Shown here piece after piece: positions 62,379-64,000 of a DNA stretch of 64,000 nucleotides. A model generated the notes under the pieces. The model worked only from the letters and a program-made list of their open reading frames with translations, was not told the DNA's origin and made no database searches. The DNA is taken from the sequence record NC_050153.1; one strand, 5' to 3'. Every line of letters starts with the position of its first letter. The stretch's first letter is position 1. This DNA is from Escherichia phage vB_EcoM-Ro157c2YLVW. The position numbers and the translations under genes were made by a program.

Positions 62379-63067
62379 AATTTTCCAAATTTTCTGAGTT
62401 GGTGAATCGTATTTTGTCCAACAACCACAGCCATCGTCGCGATATGGATGTAACGATCGTTGTTCATTCGCCTGGCAGCATTGGTTCAACACCTTCAGTT
62501 GAGGTTCAGTCAATTCACGCTGGTTTTGATTGGGATTCCGGGAAAGTGCTTATTTTCCCATCACAGCCACTGACCACGCTAACACCAGAACAGATTACTG
62601 ATATCACTGATAGTGTGCGCAAAGGTCAGTCTTGGCACGCATATCAGGAATACAAGAAGCATCAAGAGCAGTTGGAAAAATTGTCGATTGAACTGGATGC
62701 CGCAAAACAGCGCATTGCAGAGCTGGATGGTAATCGCACGGCGCTGGCAGTGGAGAATGCCTCAATGAAGCTGTTTATCAGGGGCTGTTGCTACGTGTTT
62801 GATGGCCAGCAGGATGAAATATCTGATGCGTATATCTGCGCAACAGACGGAGGGATGCCGCAAATTCCAGCCACCGACGCTTTCCTGGCTGAAGCTCGGG
62901 CGCAGGGGGTAGAGATGATGCGCGAACACCCATCAATCAAACTTTGCTCTTTGACGCACATATGTGATGAGTTAGCCGCCCAGCTTCGAAAAGGAGAGCT
63001 GCATATGATGTTTGACGCTGGCATTCACATCAAAGGAGAAGAGCATGGAAATAAAACCAGAAGATGA
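62375..63067 (+). CDS. early protein, paralog B
   Basis: AAAGGGGA RBS; segment IPATDAFLAEARAQG. Confidence 0.5.
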   Translation: MKFSKFSELVNRILSNNHSHRRDMDVTIVVHSPGSIGSTPSVEVQSIHAGFDWDSGKVLIFPSQPLTTLTPEQITDITDSVRKGQSWHAYQEYKKHQEQLEKLSIELDAAKQRIAELDGNRTALAVENASMKLFIRGCCYVFDGQQDEISDAYICATDGGMPQIPATDAFLAEARAQGVEMMREHPSIKLCSLTHICDELAAQLRKGELHMMFDAGIHIKGEEHGNKTRR

Positions 63068-63404
63068 GTTAAGTAATATTGTTTTATTTCCGGTAAAAGA
63101 GGATGACCCACGTAATCAGGTTAATTTTCTTTATGAACCATCGGAAAGACCATATTGCCATCATGCCTCTGTCCGGGTTGATGAAAAAGAGCGTCAGGTC
63201 CGCTGTAAAATCTGCGGTGCAGTTGTGGAGCCATTTGACTGGATGCTCTCTGTTGCGAAAAGAGAAACCAGGCTGGCAGATGATGTAAAACTATTGCGCC
63301 AGGAGGAACAGGAAAGGCGAAAAAATATAGAAAAGCTAATTCAGATTGAGCGTAACGCGAAAGCGCGGATACGCAGAGCGACAAAATCCAGAACTGAATA
63401 TTAA
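63045..63404 (+). CDS. zinc-ribbon-containing small protein
   Basis: AAAGGAGA RBS; CHH...CKIC pattern; basic coiled-coil C-terminus. Confidence 0.45.
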   Translation: MEIKPEDELSNIVLFPVKEDDPRNQVNFLYEPSERPYCHHASVRVDEKERQVRCKICGAVVEPFDWMLSVAKRETRLADDVKLLRQEEQERRKNIEKLIQIERNAKARIRRATKSRTEY

Positions 63405-63449
63405 ATCAGCACTGTAAATAAAATTTAATCCTTAACCGGAGGTATATCT

Positions 63450-63662
63450 ATGTTAAATACACAGAAAACCATTAACGCGGAAAAATATAACGAGTGGGTA
63501 AAAAAATTCTCTGAGCAGATTTTTAAAATTACTGCTGACGAGAATGTAGCAAAAAATGAATTAGAGCCGTGGACACCTGAAGGAACCGACCCAAATTATT
63601 GCTGGTGGGAGGTTGATCCGGTTGATGCTGCAAATGAAGCCATGAGTTACCACAACGATTAA
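63450..63662 (+). CDS. hypothetical small acidic protein
   Basis: GGAGG RBS; 70 aa. Confidence 0.45.
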   Translation: MLNTQKTINAEKYNEWVKKFSEQIFKITADENVAKNELEPWTPEGTDPNYCWWEVDPVDAANEAMSYHND

Positions 63663-63724
63663 TGTCGGGATGCCGCCCGAAAGGGCGGTAATAAAAATGG
63701 CTGAACTAATCGGAGAACAAAACG

Positions 63725-63916
63725 ATGAAAAACCGTAAAGCTAAGATGCTTATCTCCCGTGTATACAGATTTTGCTACCCCAGCCAGTGGTTGAGAGTTA
63801 GCAATCGCCGTGTGGTGTTGTTTTCATTTTCTGGAATTGCCAGAGAGGGAGACCGAGATAAGCGCAGCGCGGCGCAAAACCGCTGGAAAAACCACTTGCG
63901 CACTAAAGGAGAGTGA
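63725..63916 (+). CDS. hypothetical small basic protein
   Basis: GGAGAA RBS; 63 aa. Confidence 0.35.
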   Translation: MKNRKAKMLISRVYRFCYPSQWLRVSNRRVVLFSFSGIAREGDRDKRSAAQNRWKNHLRTKGE

Positions 63917-64000
63917 TATGGCTATTGCTGCAAGTTACACCATGCATCTCTATTGTGATTGCCTCCAGTGTACAGATGGCAAATATAAGTCGCCAGACTT
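63917..64000 (+). CDS. 5' end of an ORF continuing beyond the window (partial)
   Basis: ATG at 63917 after GGAGAG; Cys-rich start MAIAASYTMHLYCDCLQCTDGK. Confidence 0.3.

Overview
This 64-kb window reads as a contiguous segment of a P1-family myovirus phage-plasmid (a prophage that lives as a low-copy plasmid). Calls rest on motifs read directly from the translations plus recollection of protein families; no database search or computation was run. Modules in order: (1) a darA-type antirestriction/lysis operon on the minus strand (holin, antiholin-like, Hdf, DarA, DdrA/DdrB-like); (2) an AT-rich moron with a hexapeptide-repeat acetyltransferase where P1 is recalled to carry the invertible C-segment; (3) tail-fibre, baseplate and Sit-like injection/transglycosylase genes; (4) two secreted sim-like proteins, then the immI switch (c4 antisense RNA with duplicated target sites, icd, ant), kilA and repL; (5) a hok/mok/sok-type type I toxin-antitoxin missed by the ORF track; (6) head/sheath/tube genes; (7) the plasmid maintenance core parS-parB-parA, a T5orf172 (GIY-YIG-like) gene inserted between incA and par, and repA flanked by iteron arrays with GATC repeats and a DnaA box; (8) a spanin-like overlapping pair, a PAAR-like protein, an RdgC homologue and a bifunctional C5-cytosine/N6-adenine methyltransferase whose catalytic PCQ motif is interrupted by a full LAGLIDADG intein; (9) an operator-controlled operon with four tRNA(-like) genes, an SPFH lipoprotein, a DnaB-type helicase and a GT-B-like gene; (10) a baseplate-hub operon; (11) repressor-operator-bounded early operons with a VRR-NUC nuclease, two MptE/DUF115-like paralogs, a PPP-family phosphatase, a DxD transferase, a HAD-like hydrolase and a frameshift-split ASCH-like gene. 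A 17-bp ATTGCTCTAATAAATTT-like operator motif recurs at least seven times.
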